Of a stretch of 45,009 nucleotides of DNA, positions 10,118-21,141 are shown piece by piece (positions within the stretch are counted from its first letter, which is position 1; each line of letters starts with the position of its first letter). A program made the translations under genes and the position numbers. Below the pieces are notes generated by a model. That model was given only the letters and a program-made list of their open reading frames with translations, had not been told where the DNA came from and ran no database searches. The DNA comes from Fidelibacterota bacterium. GTDB lineage: Bacteria; Fidelibacterota; Marinisomatia; Marinisomatales; TCS56. Location of the stretch: positions 1-45,009 of the forward strand of contig JBDRBK010000110.1 of the NCBI GenBank assembly GCA_043822705.1, read 5' to 3'.

Positions 10118-11944
10118 TTAAAACGCATATAGTACGCCCAGCAGCAGCATTCTGTTCCGCGTATTTTCCGTCTGAATGGCATAATCCACCCGAATCGGCC
10201 CCAATGGCGACTGCAACACCAGGCCAGCACCGGCATTCCACTGCATCTCACCCACCGACAGCGATTGAAATGAATCGGCCAGATACCCACCATCCATGAA
10301 TAATTCGCAGCCAATCTGCCGGTAGATTGGAATTCGCAGTTCCCAGTTGGTCATTATGCGGTAGGGCTTTCCTAACGGAATCGTATAGGCATCACCATCA
10401 CCGTCGATTAATTTTTCTTCCAGAAAGCGGAACGTATCCCAACCGCGCATGCTGGTACTGCCGCCCAGGTAGAATTTATCAAATTGCGGGTCGTCGTATT
10501 TAGTATCATCCCAGCCGTATATGAAACCGTATTTGACACGCCCGGCCAGGACTATCCGCCAAAACAGCGGCGTGTAGGTGGTCAAGCCCAGGTCAATTTT
10601 GATGAAATCACGATTGCCGCCGAGAATACCTCCGGCACTGGTCAGGTTCACCTGGGCAACCGATCCCTGGGTCGGGTTCAGCGGATTGTCGGAACCGTCG
10701 AGCCGGACATCGGCATTGATCGTCCGCTTTTCGATTTCAGTCGTGCTGGGGCTTTCGGGCTGCAGAAATTTTTCCCACTGCAAGCCGGTTCGCACGAAAG
10801 ACCGTTCCGATAGTCGGTATAAATAGGTCAGGTCAACACCGTACCGTTGGATTCGCGGATTATCTTCCAATGCAAAATCGGAGTAGGTTATGTAATATCC
10901 CGACAAACTGGTGGGCAACCTGAAACCCAGGAACCATTGCGATGAAAGTGTCATGGCGCTGGTGAATTTGATAAATTGCCACTGATTGATGGTTTCGATG
11001 ATCGGCAGATTGGCGGAGGTTTTGATACTGAACCGGCGCAACGATTCGAACAGGTTCCGATTGCGCCACTCAATATTTCCGCCGATACTGGGAAGTTCCT
11101 CGGCAACTTCCTTGTACTGAAAAGGATAAAAGCCGCCTTCGGAGATCAACTCCCGCGGTTTGAATTTGCGTAACTCGATTGTCAGATCCACGCGGCTATC
11201 AGAATCACTGACACGGGTCGGTACAATATTCACATAGGAAAATATACCAGTTTCCGTTATGCGCTTTTCGGTCTCGTCGACTAACTCCTGCTGGTACAAA
11301 CTGCCGGGATTGAAAACAACTTCACGTAATATATATTTTGCATCAATATTTTCATTTCCTCGTACAAGGATATCATTTATAAAAACATCGGGACCTTCCA
11401 CAATCTCGAGCACTAATTCGATAGTATCTTCAATTGACTCAAATACTTTAATATCAGTAAACAGCTTGCCGATTTTGGAATATTCTCCCTCCAGCAGACT
11501 CATCCTGGTATTCAAACCAATCGGGTTATAGGATCGGCCCGTTTCCAGATCCAACGTCTTTAATATTTTTTTTGTCAACAACGATTGATTGCCGTTCACT
11601 ACCACCGATCCCAATATAGTCCGGGGTCCCTCATTGACCCGGAAAAACAAATCCACTGTGTTGTCTTCGCGCAGGGCAAAAGAATCAGTGACGGAGGCCG
11701 TCAGGAATCCACGGGAAATGTAATAGTTCTTCAGGATAATTGCGTCCAGTCGCAGAATCCGACGGTCGAAGTCGGATTTGGTGATCAGCCGCGGCTCCTT
11801 AAGCCGCAAAATCGATCGCAATTCACGATCCTTGATGGCAGTGTTGCCGGAAATATCAATTCGGTTGACCGTAATTGTGGTATTATCGGCACAAAACAAC
11901 GTACCGGTGAGCAGCAGTATTGAAAAGAAATTGTTATTTGACAT
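10118..11944 (-). CDS. Omp85-family outer membrane protein (TamA/BamA-like)
   Basis: Signal peptide, about three POTRA-like repeats (IDISGN, VVVNGN, ILVRGN), KFYLGGSTSMRGW, SPLGPIRVDYA, terminal Phe; 608 aa. Confidence 0.88.
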   Translation of the reverse strand: MSNNNFFSILLLTGTLFCADNTTITVNRIDISGNTAIKDRELRSILRLKEPRLITKSDFDRRILRLDAIILKNYYISRGFLTASVTDSFALREDNTVDLFFRVNEGPRTILGSVVVNGNQSLLTKKILKTLDLETGRSYNPIGLNTRMSLLEGEYSKIGKLFTDIKVFESIEDTIELVLEIVEGPDVFINDILVRGNENIDAKYILREVVFNPGSLYQQELVDETEKRITETGIFSYVNIVPTRVSDSDSRVDLTIELRKFKPRELISEGGFYPFQYKEVAEELPSIGGNIEWRNRNLFESLRRFSIKTSANLPIIETINQWQFIKFTSAMTLSSQWFLGFRLPTSLSGYYITYSDFALEDNPRIQRYGVDLTYLYRLSERSFVRTGLQWEKFLQPESPSTTEIEKRTINADVRLDGSDNPLNPTQGSVAQVNLTSAGGILGGNRDFIKIDLGLTTYTPLFWRIVLAGRVKYGFIYGWDDTKYDDPQFDKFYLGGSTSMRGWDTFRFLEEKLIDGDGDAYTIPLGKPYRIMTNWELRIPIYRQIGCELFMDGGYLADSFQSLSVGEMQWNAGAGLVLQSPLGPIRVDYAIQTENTRNRMLLLGVLYAF

Positions 11945-11948
11945 TTAC

Positions 11949-14900
11949 TCAGTAAGAATAGCGGAGGCGGTATTTTACCTGCAGATTTCCTGTTTCATCA
12001 TAATTACCAACCAGGGAAAGATAACGATTTAATTTATATTCCACACCAACTAATTGCTGGTCCGGATTAGTTAAACCAAAGGACCGCCGATAGGAATAAG
12101 TATAATTCAAAGCAAGTTTATTGGACAATTGCTTCTGGGCGGTGATTTTGGTAACATCCTCTGTCGTACCGTTACCAATGGCAGCCTGACTGGTGGTTCT
12201 GATATCGACTTCATCGATGATACCAAGCTGACGGGTCACCTGCAGCAGATTCTTTTCTAATTGCTGGCCGAACCAGGCACTTAATATTGACGACGGCAAC
12301 TGCCCAAAACCGGTGCTGGCGAAATCATAATCCTCAATTCGTCTGCGCAGAGTCAGCAATTGCAGTATGTCACTTTGCGACAAAGTTGGATCCGATTCGA
12401 AGGTCAATGTGGGATTATCGAGTTTGCCGGTTAATTGAACATTGATTCTGTAAATATCAATATTAGTATAGGCAGCAATGTCCATTGTCGGATTGAATCC
12501 GCGGCCATCAAAGATCATCGAGCTGCCTTCAATGATGGTAAAGACATCGCCGGTATAATAGAATTTGCCGCCACGCACGAATAATTCACCGGCATAATCC
12601 GCATCTTCCTCTCCATACTGTACCAGACTCAGTTCACCGGACAGATCAGCATCTAACTGCGTATTCACCAGTTTGAAATCACCGGTAATCGGGAAGGTCA
12701 ATTTATAGACCGTCACGATTGAACCGGGCTGGTGGGTTGATTCGTCGATTTCAGACGATGAGAATTCTTGTTTCATTTCCACATTAAGGGGCGTGATACG
12801 ACCGGAATAGGTAATTATTTCCCGACCGGTCATGGTCAAATCAGCGTCGACCAGGCCTTCAATATCGCCTAAAAGAGTGCGGATGTAGGCATTGCTGGCC
12901 TTGAGATTCAGATCGAAATGCGGTTTGAAAAACCGGGTCAGATCCATCCCGCCTGAAATTGTCAGGTTCTGCTTGGTTGATTTCTTCTGGGCCGTCAACG
13001 CGGCCCGTAAATTCGATCTGCGGTTAAAATCCGCCGATGGAGGCAACGCGCCTCTGAACCGATCAATTTTCAGTTGATTGTCCGTGATTGTCAGACCTGC
13101 GGAAATATTTTCGATTGTATTATCAAGTAAAACAGTGTAAACCCTTCCATTCTCAACAGTCATCTGTCCATTGCGTAGAATTTTTTCCGGTACGCCGGAC
13201 AAAGTCAGCCGGATATCAAAATTCCCTTTCAGAGAATCGGCGGCATCAAGGTAATTGCTTAAAAATACCAGGTCTTCGGTAATGGCAGCCACATCCAGAT
13301 ACAATGAGTCGCCCTGGACCATTCGCCCGAATCTGGAAGAGGCAATATTAAAATCCATCGGGAGATAACCATTGGCCGAAATACTGTTACCACGATATTT
13401 CGACTGTAACTGGTGGAAATCGACTCGTTGTTCGCTGTAGCTTCCTCGACCGCTGACGGTACCCAATGGGATAATATCAAAAATGGCATCGGCGATTGTC
13501 AGATTAAAGTCGAACTCCGTGTCCGAAGTGCTGCCGCTTAAATTGAAATCACCGGATATTTTACCTCCCAGATAGAAAAATTCCGGCATGAACTGATGAA
13601 TGATGGCAAAATCCACTGAGCGTAATTGTGAGAATAGTTCAATCGGAACCGACTGCGTAAGCTTTGATCCCAAAGGTATTACACCACTAAGCTGGATGCC
13701 TACATCATTACCGTGGGTCAATGTGAATTCCTCAAAATGGATAATGCTGTCGGCCAATACAGCGGAAACGACTAGATCGTCAAATTGCTGGTTTAAAATT
13801 CCGCCATTTTTAACGGAGAGTTCAATTTCGACAACCTCCTCGCCGGCCAGTCCCGACATTGTAACCTCGCCGAATAAAAGACCGCTCAATCCAAGAAATC
13901 CCTTGGGGGTGTGTTCGAGTACCGCATCGGAATCAAAATTCGAAAAGCGCATGCGACCTTCCCGGTAATCAGCGGAACTGAAAAATCCTTCCAGGATACC
14001 GTCATCAATATGGACCACAAACGGTTTCAGGTTAAAACTATTTTCGGTCCAACCAATATCGATCGGATGGGTGCTGACGAAATAATGCTGATTGTAGGCC
14101 ATTTGGAATTGATCGAGGTGCAGCGCACCAGAAGGATCAATATTTCCGTTCATCTGAATAAAGTTAGCCTGATCCTTGAGGTGAGCGCTGTTGATTTTAA
14201 TCAGTTTATCCTGCAGGGAAATATCGAAGAATCCCTCTTTAAACGAGTATTGGCGCCAGTTGCCGTTAGCAACATCCAGGGTCACCGTGCCGGCAATATC
14301 CACCGGTGTACCACGTAACGTCGATAAAAGATTAACCTGTTCAAGTCTGATTCCCTGATAATCAAGGTTCCGGATCACCAGATTGGCATTGACCAGCGGT
14401 GTTCTTATTGATCCTTCCTGTTTGAGATTGCCGGAGATCGTTCCCCCATTCAGGTTGATTTTACCGATTCCGTTTCCAAGCGTCAGATCAATATTGGTCA
14501 AATCAGCCCTGATTTCGGATTTCTTGGCTTGCCAATCCAGCCATCCATCTATAACAATATTTCCAGTATCCAGGGATATGCTGACCGGATTATCCACACT
14601 GATTAATCCATCGCGAATCAGCAGCGTACCCGACGCGGTCAGCGATTTGTCCGGAATCAGTACCGTATCCTGTAATTCCAGAGATATCCACACCGCGGGC
14701 CGGACCAGTCCCGGGGCCGTCATTTCCACCAGCACAATTCCATTCTGATTGGTCTTCGGAGCCTGTTTGATAAACCGGCTGATATCAAATCCGTGCAATT
14801 CTACACGTCCGCCGATTCGTCCATCGGGTTCCACGATTCCCCTACCAATCACCCGTGAAACACCCGCTGCTAATTCGATCCTTTCGATCTGGTAGGAATC

Positions 14901-15800
14901 AGCAATTCCGGTGATAATAGCATCGCCCCTGATCGAATCTTCGCCGGCAAAGACGATAAACCGGCCAGTATGGCGCTTCAAATCGGAGTCGAAATGCAGA
15001 CTGATATCCACTGTATCCCATTGAGCCCACAACATTGTTTTTAAAGTACTGTCTGCCGACCAGCAATAATTCTCCAGGTTCAAATTGCCCGACAATGAAA
15101 TTTCCGGACTGAACCGCGCTACCAGATCGCCGGAAAAATCCTGTTCATTAAGTGTCCCAATAAATGATTTTATTATCAATTCCTCAGGGAATAATTGGAA
15201 TCCGGAATCAGTCAATGTGAAATTGCGCCGATTATCCGAATCGCGGTAGCGGAAGTGCTGGGCGAAAACGAATGATCCATTAGGCCGGTACCGGATACGT
15301 CCCGAGAAGCCAATTTCACCGGTTTCCCGGGAACGATTTTTCAACTGCCAGTCGATCATTCCGGATACGGTAAAATTCTTGATGTAAATATCCACATTAA
15401 GCAGCGAATCAGTCGAAAATACCGGACGTTCAGTTGGCAATCTTTCAACGGTGTCAAGATACACCGCCGTAAAATCTTCTACTGTCACTTTTCTGAAGTT
15501 GTACTCACCATATAACCATGGAATCGGATTAATATTAAAACTCATCCGGGGAGCGGCAAAGACCTGTGATGAATCGCGGTTGTAGTATAAAAAATCAGTA
15601 ATGACCGTTTCCGTCAATAAATGACCGTTGATACTGCCGTAGCGGATCGTCCACTCGCCCTGCGCATTCAAAAGCTCATCGATGTGGGCGGCAATGTAAT
15701 CGGACCAGACTGCCGGAGTCAAAATAACGAACAGTCCGATCGTGATCAACGCGATCAGGACAATCAGTGACAGGATGATATTTTTAAGATACCTTTTCAT
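11949..15800 (-). CDS. TamB/AsmA-like translocation and assembly module protein
   Basis: 1283 aa, N-terminal anchor helix, long beta-rich body, DUF490-like C-terminus (NPTMDIAA, VQLTGKLDNPTLTFESDPTLSQSDILQLL, VGVEYKLN..YRYSY-like end); directly upstream of the Omp85 gene. Confidence 0.8.
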   Translation of the reverse strand: MKRYLKNIILSLIVLIALITIGLFVILTPAVWSDYIAAHIDELLNAQGEWTIRYGSINGHLLTETVITDFLYYNRDSSQVFAAPRMSFNINPIPWLYGEYNFRKVTVEDFTAVYLDTVERLPTERPVFSTDSLLNVDIYIKNFTVSGMIDWQLKNRSRETGEIGFSGRIRYRPNGSFVFAQHFRYRDSDNRRNFTLTDSGFQLFPEELIIKSFIGTLNEQDFSGDLVARFSPEISLSGNLNLENYCWSADSTLKTMLWAQWDTVDISLHFDSDLKRHTGRFIVFAGEDSIRGDAIITGIADSYQIERIELAAGVSRVIGRGIVEPDGRIGGRVELHGFDISRFIKQAPKTNQNGIVLVEMTAPGLVRPAVWISLELQDTVLIPDKSLTASGTLLIRDGLISVDNPVSISLDTGNIVIDGWLDWQAKKSEIRADLTNIDLTLGNGIGKINLNGGTISGNLKQEGSIRTPLVNANLVIRNLDYQGIRLEQVNLLSTLRGTPVDIAGTVTLDVANGNWRQYSFKEGFFDISLQDKLIKINSAHLKDQANFIQMNGNIDPSGALHLDQFQMAYNQHYFVSTHPIDIGWTENSFNLKPFVVHIDDGILEGFFSSADYREGRMRFSNFDSDAVLEHTPKGFLGLSGLLFGEVTMSGLAGEEVVEIELSVKNGGILNQQFDDLVVSAVLADSIIHFEEFTLTHGNDVGIQLSGVIPLGSKLTQSVPIELFSQLRSVDFAIIHQFMPEFFYLGGKISGDFNLSGSTSDTEFDFNLTIADAIFDIIPLGTVSGRGSYSEQRVDFHQLQSKYRGNSISANGYLPMDFNIASSRFGRMVQGDSLYLDVAAITEDLVFLSNYLDAADSLKGNFDIRLTLSGVPEKILRNGQMTVENGRVYTVLLDNTIENISAGLTITDNQLKIDRFRGALPPSADFNRRSNLRAALTAQKKSTKQNLTISGGMDLTRFFKPHFDLNLKASNAYIRTLLGDIEGLVDADLTMTGREIITYSGRITPLNVEMKQEFSSSEIDESTHQPGSIVTVYKLTFPITGDFKLVNTQLDADLSGELSLVQYGEEDADYAGELFVRGGKFYYTGDVFTIIEGSSMIFDGRGFNPTMDIAAYTNIDIYRINVQLTGKLDNPTLTFESDPTLSQSDILQLLTLRRRIEDYDFASTGFGQLPSSILSAWFGQQLEKNLLQVTRQLGIIDEVDIRTTSQAAIGNGTTEDVTKITAQKQLSNKLALNYTYSYRRSFGLTNPDQQLVGVEYKLNRYLSLVGNYDETGNLQVKYRLRYSY

Positions 15801-15844
15801 TAGTTACTAAACTAATGAATATAACTGTGCCTGGTTCCAAATAC

Positions 15845-15874
15845 AAAAAAAGCGGGATCGCGCCCGCTTTTTTT
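15845..15874. terminator. Rho-independent terminator after dnaK (symmetrical)
   Basis: AAAAAAAGCGGG-atcgcg-CCCGCTTTTTTT perfect inverted repeat with A/T tails, 18 nt past the dnaK stop. Confidence 0.9.
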
Positions 15875-15892
15875 GTCGGTCAAATAAAAATA

Positions 15893-17800
15893 TCAATTAA
15901 CTACTTCGAAATCGGCATCTTCAATCTCGCCGTCATCCTTGCCGGACTTTTTATCCTTGGATGGCCCGGCCGTCGGTTCGCCCTGAGGCGGGGCTTGTTC
16001 TTTGGCGGCATCGTACATTTTTGCCGATAATTCATTCCAGGTTTTAGTTAATGCCTCCAAAGCCGATTTGATGTCACTGCTGTTTGAGCCGGCCGCGGCC
16101 TTTTTCAAGGCCTCTACCTTTTCCTGCAGTTTCTGTTTGCCATCATCGTCCAGCTTATCACCGAATTCCTCGATATTCTTCTCGGTCTGATAAACCATTT
16201 GATCGGCCTGATTACGCAAATCAATTTCCTCGCGCTTGGCCTTGTCCTCGGCTTCATGATTTTTGGCATCATTGACCATTTTTCCGATTTCAGACTCATT
16301 CAATCCGCTGGATGCCTCAATCCGGATACTCTGCTCCTTGCTGGTGGCTTTATCCTTGGCGGTCACATTCAGAATCCCGTTGGCATCAATGTCAAAGGTC
16401 ACTTCGATCTGCGGAATACCGCGTGGTGCCGGTGGAAGCCCGTCCAGATGGAAACGACCGATCGTTTTGTTGTCATTGGCCATTTCCCGTTCGCCCTGCA
16501 GGACATGAATCTCAACCGTGGTCTGACTGTCGGCGGCGGTACTGAACACCTGGGATTTTTTCGTCGGAATCGTTGTGTTCCGCTCGATTAATTTGGTGCA
16601 TACACCACCGAGAGTCTCGATACCCAGTGACAATGGCGTCACATCCAGCAGCAGGATATCATCCACCTCGCCGGCCAGTACGCCACCCTGAATAGCCGCA
16701 CCCAGTGCCACAACTTCATCGGGATTGACGCTGCGGTTCGGTTCCTTACCAAATATTTCCTTGACTTTATCCTGGACCATGGGAATTCTGGTGGAGCCCC
16801 CGACCAGAATCACCTCATCGATTTCCGCAGCCGACAGACCGGCATCCTTCATTGCGCGAAGACAGGGTTGAACCGTTCGCTCGACCAGGTGACGTACCAA
16901 TTCTTCAAATTTCGCCCTGGTAAGGCTCAAATTCAGATGTTTTGGCCCGGAAGCATCGGCCGTGATGAACGGCAAATTGATTTCAGTCTGCTTGGAACTG
17001 GACAACTCCTTCTTGGCATTTTCACCGGATTCCTTCAAGCGTTGCAATGCCATAGGATCTTTCCGCAGATCAATTCCGTCGCTCTTGAGAAACTCACCGG
17101 CGATCCAGTCGATCAAAACCTGGTCGAAATCATCGCCGCCGAGATGAGTATCGCCATTGGTTGATTTTACCTCGAACACCCCATCACCCAATTCCAGGAC
17201 GGAAATATCAAAGGTACCGCCACCCAGGTCAAACACAGCAATTTTTTCATCTTTTTTCTTGTCGAGACCATAACTCAAAGCAGCGGCGGTTGGTTCATTA
17301 ATGATCCGGCGGACATTCAACCCGGCTATTTTTCCCGCATCCTTGGTTGCCTGACGCTGAGAATCGTTAAAATAAGCCGGAACGGTAATAACGGCATCGG
17401 TGATCTTGGACCCAAGATGCTCTTCCGCCATCTGTTTCAATTTCTGGAGAATCATGGCACTGATCTCCGGTGGCGTGTACTTTTTGTCACCAACTTCCAC
17501 GACAACCCCGGATCCGGATTGCTTGCCGACTTTATAAGGCACTTCCTTGATTTCCGTGCCCACTTCATCGTAAATCCGTCCCATGAACCGTTTAATGGAA
17601 AAGATCGTGTTGTGCGAATTGGTTACCGCCTGCCGCTTGGCCGGCTGGCCTATCAGGCGTTCGCCATTTTTCGTAAAAGCAACTACCGACGGCAGCGTCC
17701 GACCGCCTTCGGGATTGGTGATAATCGTTGGTTCGCCACCTTCCAGAACCGCCACACAGGAATTCGTCGTACCGAGGTCGATTCCAATAATTTTACCCAT
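15893..17800 (-). CDS. dnaK: Chaperone DnaK (Hsp70)
   Basis: [47 protein letters not shown]-terminal DADFEVV. Confidence 0.98.
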   Translation of the reverse strand: MGKIIGIDLGTTNSCVAVLEGGEPTIITNPEGGRTLPSVVAFTKNGERLIGQPAKRQAVTNSHNTIFSIKRFMGRIYDEVGTEIKEVPYKVGKQSGSGVVVEVGDKKYTPPEISAMILQKLKQMAEEHLGSKITDAVITVPAYFNDSQRQATKDAGKIAGLNVRRIINEPTAAALSYGLDKKKDEKIAVFDLGGGTFDISVLELGDGVFEVKSTNGDTHLGGDDFDQVLIDWIAGEFLKSDGIDLRKDPMALQRLKESGENAKKELSSSKQTEINLPFITADASGPKHLNLSLTRAKFEELVRHLVERTVQPCLRAMKDAGLSAAEIDEVILVGGSTRIPMVQDKVKEIFGKEPNRSVNPDEVVALGAAIQGGVLAGEVDDILLLDVTPLSLGIETLGGVCTKLIERNTTIPTKKSQVFSTAADSQTTVEIHVLQGEREMANDNKTIGRFHLDGLPPAPRGIPQIEVTFDIDANGILNVTAKDKATSKEQSIRIEASSGLNESEIGKMVNDAKNHEAEDKAKREEIDLRNQADQMVYQTEKNIEEFGDKLDDDGKQKLQEKVEALKKAAAGSNSSDIKSALEALTKTWNELSAKMYDAAKEQAPPQGEPTAGPSKDKKSGKDDGEIEDADFEVVN

Positions 17801-17846
17801 TTTTCTAATCTCCTAATTCCGATTTAATAAAATTTATAATCAGGCG

Positions 17847-17862
17847 AACAATAAACGTGCCG
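17847..17862 (-). promoter_or_regulatory. Possible sigma54-like (-24/-12) promoter for dnaK
   Basis: Minus strand CGGCACGtttaTTGTT versus consensus TGGCACG-N4-TTGCW; the -12 C is not matched. Confidence 0.4.
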
Positions 17863-17977
17863 TCGGAGATACTAAGTCCTTTTGGCAGAAAAACAGGATT
17901 AAACAATATATGTGGCAGAAACCGTCATCTGGAAATTGACAGTCTGCCGGAGCTTGGCCACCGGCCTTGTTGATCGA

Positions 17978-20434
17978 TTACGAGGTCGTATTGACAGTCA
18001 GCGCTTTATCAGTAGCCGAAAAAATGAACTCGCCCTTGATGTAATCGATTTTAATCAGATCGCCGGCAACAAACGTCTGTTGCAATAATTTTTCTGATAT
18101 CACATCTTCAATGGAAGTCTGAATCTCCCGACGCAGATAGCGGGCGCCATAGTCACTGTTAAAACCCTTTTCAAGTAACTTCAAACGGGCACGTTTGGTC
18201 AGAGTCAGACCGATATTCAGTTTACCCAGATTAACAATGACATCCTGGAGCTGTAGATCGATAATCTGTAGTGCATCCTCCCGCGACAAGGAATGAAACA
18301 CAATCGTCTCATCGACCCGGTTCAAAAATTCCGGATTAAATTGAGTTTTGACATGTTCCAGCAGTTTATCACGCAACGCTTCATACCCGGCTGACTCGGT
18401 CGCTTCAATGAATCCGATCGATTTACCATACAAAATATCTTTAGAACCGGTATTGGACGTCATGATAATGATCGTGTTCTTGAAATCCACTCTCCGCCCG
18501 AGTCCGTCGGTCAGTACACCTTCATCAAATAATTGCAGTAAAACATTGTAAACGTCAGGGTGCCCTTTTTCGATCTCATCGAATAGAATCACCGAATACG
18601 GGTTGCGCCGGACCCGTTCGGTCAGTTCACCACCCTCTTCATACCCGACATATCCCGGCGGTGCGCCGATCATGCGCGAAACCGAGAAACGTTCGCCATA
18701 TTCCGACATATCCAGTTTGATCAGCGCGTCGTGACTGTTGAACAGATAGGTCGCCAGCGCTTTGGCCAGTTCGGTTTTGCCGACACCGGTCGGTCCCATA
18801 AATAAAAATACACCGATCGGCCTTTTGGGACTCTTCAACCCGGCCCGCGCCCGTTGAATCGAACGCGTCAGACTGTCGATTGCCTGATCCTGGCCGATTA
18901 TGTAGCGATGCAGACCTTCTTTCATTTTCAACAGTTTCTGGGTCTCGGTCTGGGCGACTTTGGTTACCGGAATCCCGGTTACCACCGAGACTACTTCGGC
19001 GATCTGTTCTTCGTCGATTACCACCGGGTTGGCGCGGTCATCTTCCTGCCAGATTTGCTGCTCATGCGCCAGCTTTTCCAACAATTGCCGTTCGCTGTCA
19101 CGAAGAGCGGCCGCGTCTTCGAAACGCTGATCCGCCACGACCTTTTCCTTCTCGACCCGGATTTTATCGACTTCTGTCTCGAGTTCGAAAATGCTTTTCG
19201 GCACCTTCACATTCAACATATGCGCCCGCGAGCCGGCTTCGTCCATGATATCGATTGCCTTGTCCGGCAGGAATTTATCGGTGATGTAGCGATCGGCCAG
19301 TTGCACACAGGCGGTGATCGCCTCATCCCGGTATACTACATTGTGATGCTTCTCGTAATGTTCCTTGAGGCCCATCAGGATATGCAGCGATTCCTCGATT
19401 GAAGGCGGATTAATCGTAATTTTTTGGAAACGCCGTTCCAGAGCACCGTCTTTCTCGATATATTTACGATATTCATCCATGGTCGTGGCGCCGATACAAT
19501 GAATATCGCCGCGGGCCAGAGCCGGCTTGAACATGTTCGATGCATCCAGCGAACCGGACGCGCTGCCAGCCCCTACCAGCGTATGTAATTCATCGATAAA
19601 TAGGATCAGATCAGCACTGGATTCTAGTTCCAGCATGATCGTTTTCATCCGTTCTTCGAATTGTCCGCGGTACTTGGTTCCGGCCACCAGCGCGGCCAGA
19701 TCGAGCGATAAAATTCGTTTATTGTAAAGCAGGCGCGGGACCGATTTCTCTACAATTCTCTGTGCCAGTCCCTCGATAATCGCCGTTTTACCGACGCCCG
19801 GTTCACCGATCAGAACCGGATTGTTTTTCTTGCGCCTGGTCAATATCTGGGCCACGCGCTCGATTTCCCGCTCGCGTCCGATGACCGGATCGAGTTTAAG
19901 CAACCGCGCCAAATGGGTTATATCGCGGGCAAAATGATCCAGTGCCGGCGTCGTCGATTTCTTGGTCTTATCGGCTACTGCCATTTCACCGGCGGCCCGA
20001 ACCATCCGATCATCCCGAATGAATGTCAGAACCCCATCATAATCAATGTTGAAGAATGATAATGCCTCGAAGGCAATCCCTTCTTCCTCTTTCAGCAACG
20101 CCAACAGCAAATGTTCGTCGTCAGCAGCCAGCGCCCCCAGACCAACAGCTTCGGCATAGGAATTCCGCAAAATACGCTCAGCCCGCCGCGTCAATGGGAT
20201 ATGCCCCAACGTCATCGTTCCCCCGGAAGATTTGATTACTTCGATAACCCGGGAGCGCAAATCATTCAAGTCGCAGTTAAAATTCTCGAAAATTCGGATG
20301 CTGTTGGCGCCGGCTTCGCGCAGCAGTCCCAGCAACAGATGTTCGGAACCGACATAACTGTGCCCCAGCCGAATGGCCTCTTCGCGGGACAGTTTCATGA
20401 TATTCTGGACGCGTTTGGAAAAATTTTCTTTCAT
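17978..20434 (-). CDS. clpC: ATP-dependent Clp protease ATPase subunit ClpC
   Basis: Double Clp-N repeat, [11 protein letters not shown]-like coiled coil ([11 protein letters not shown]), [21 protein letters not shown], ClpP-docking IGF loop; 818 aa. Confidence 0.92.
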   Translation of the reverse strand: MKENFSKRVQNIMKLSREEAIRLGHSYVGSEHLLLGLLREAGANSIRIFENFNCDLNDLRSRVIEVIKSSGGTMTLGHIPLTRRAERILRNSYAEAVGLGALAADDEHLLLALLKEEEGIAFEALSFFNIDYDGVLTFIRDDRMVRAAGEMAVADKTKKSTTPALDHFARDITHLARLLKLDPVIGREREIERVAQILTRRKKNNPVLIGEPGVGKTAIIEGLAQRIVEKSVPRLLYNKRILSLDLAALVAGTKYRGQFEERMKTIMLELESSADLILFIDELHTLVGAGSASGSLDASNMFKPALARGDIHCIGATTMDEYRKYIEKDGALERRFQKITINPPSIEESLHILMGLKEHYEKHHNVVYRDEAITACVQLADRYITDKFLPDKAIDIMDEAGSRAHMLNVKVPKSIFELETEVDKIRVEKEKVVADQRFEDAAALRDSERQLLEKLAHEQQIWQEDDRANPVVIDEEQIAEVVSVVTGIPVTKVAQTETQKLLKMKEGLHRYIIGQDQAIDSLTRSIQRARAGLKSPKRPIGVFLFMGPTGVGKTELAKALATYLFNSHDALIKLDMSEYGERFSVSRMIGAPPGYVGYEEGGELTERVRRNPYSVILFDEIEKGHPDVYNVLLQLFDEGVLTDGLGRRVDFKNTIIIMTSNTGSKDILYGKSIGFIEATESAGYEALRDKLLEHVKTQFNPEFLNRVDETIVFHSLSREDALQIIDLQLQDVIVNLGKLNIGLTLTKRARLKLLEKGFNSDYGARYLRREIQTSIEDVISEKLLQQTFVAGDLIKIDYIKGEFIFSATDKALTVNTTS

Positions 20435-20460
20435 CTTGTAGTCAATTTACCGCTTGAAGA

Positions 20461-21141
20461 TCAATCTGTCAATTCAGCCGGTTTCAGAATTCCTGATTCC
20501 AGTTCCAACTGGCGGTCGCCGATTGCAGCCACGGCCGGATTATGGGTCGTTATCACCAGCGATTGTTTAAAATCATGATTTATCAACCGGAACAGGTTGA
20601 TCAGTTTAGACGCATTGGCCTCGTCAAGGTTCCCGGTGGGCTCATCGGCCAGAATTATCTGCGGCCGATTGATCAATGCCCGCAGGACGGCGATCCGCAG
20701 GCGCTCGCCCCCGGACAATTCGGACGGGTAGTGATCACTGCGATCACTCAGTCCGACATATTCCAGTAATTCCAGCGCCCGGCTGTTCCGCTCCTGACTG
20801 CCACCACCGATCAGGCTGGGAATCAGGACATTTTCCAATGCAGTAAATTCCGGCAGCAGATGGTGGAATTGAAAAACGAAACCAATCGATCGATTGCGCA
20901 GAGCCGCTAACTCCAGGTCCGGCAGGGTGCTGACATCATGGCCATTGATCAGCAGCGTACCGGTCGTCGGCTGGTCCAGCGTCCCCAGGATATTGAGCAG
21001 GGTCGACTTGCCCGATCCGGACGGCCCCATAATGGTGACGATTTCACCTTCTGCCAGTGAGAAGTCAATCCCCCGCAACACACTCAGGGTTTTGAATCCG
21101 TTTGAAAAAGTTTTATGGATATTTTTTGCTTCAAGTATCAT
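20461..21141 (-). CDS. lolD: Lipoprotein-releasing ABC transporter ATPase
   Basis: GPSGSGKST, GFVFQFHHLLPEFTALENV, LSGGE, LADEPTGNLD. Confidence 0.9.
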   Translation of the reverse strand: MILEAKNIHKTFSNGFKTLSVLRGIDFSLAEGEIVTIMGPSGSGKSTLLNILGTLDQPTTGTLLINGHDVSTLPDLELAALRNRSIGFVFQFHHLLPEFTALENVLIPSLIGGGSQERNSRALELLEYVGLSDRSDHYPSELSGGERLRIAVLRALINRPQIILADEPTGNLDEANASKLINLFRLINHDFKQSLVITTHNPAVAAIGDRQLELESGILKPAELTD

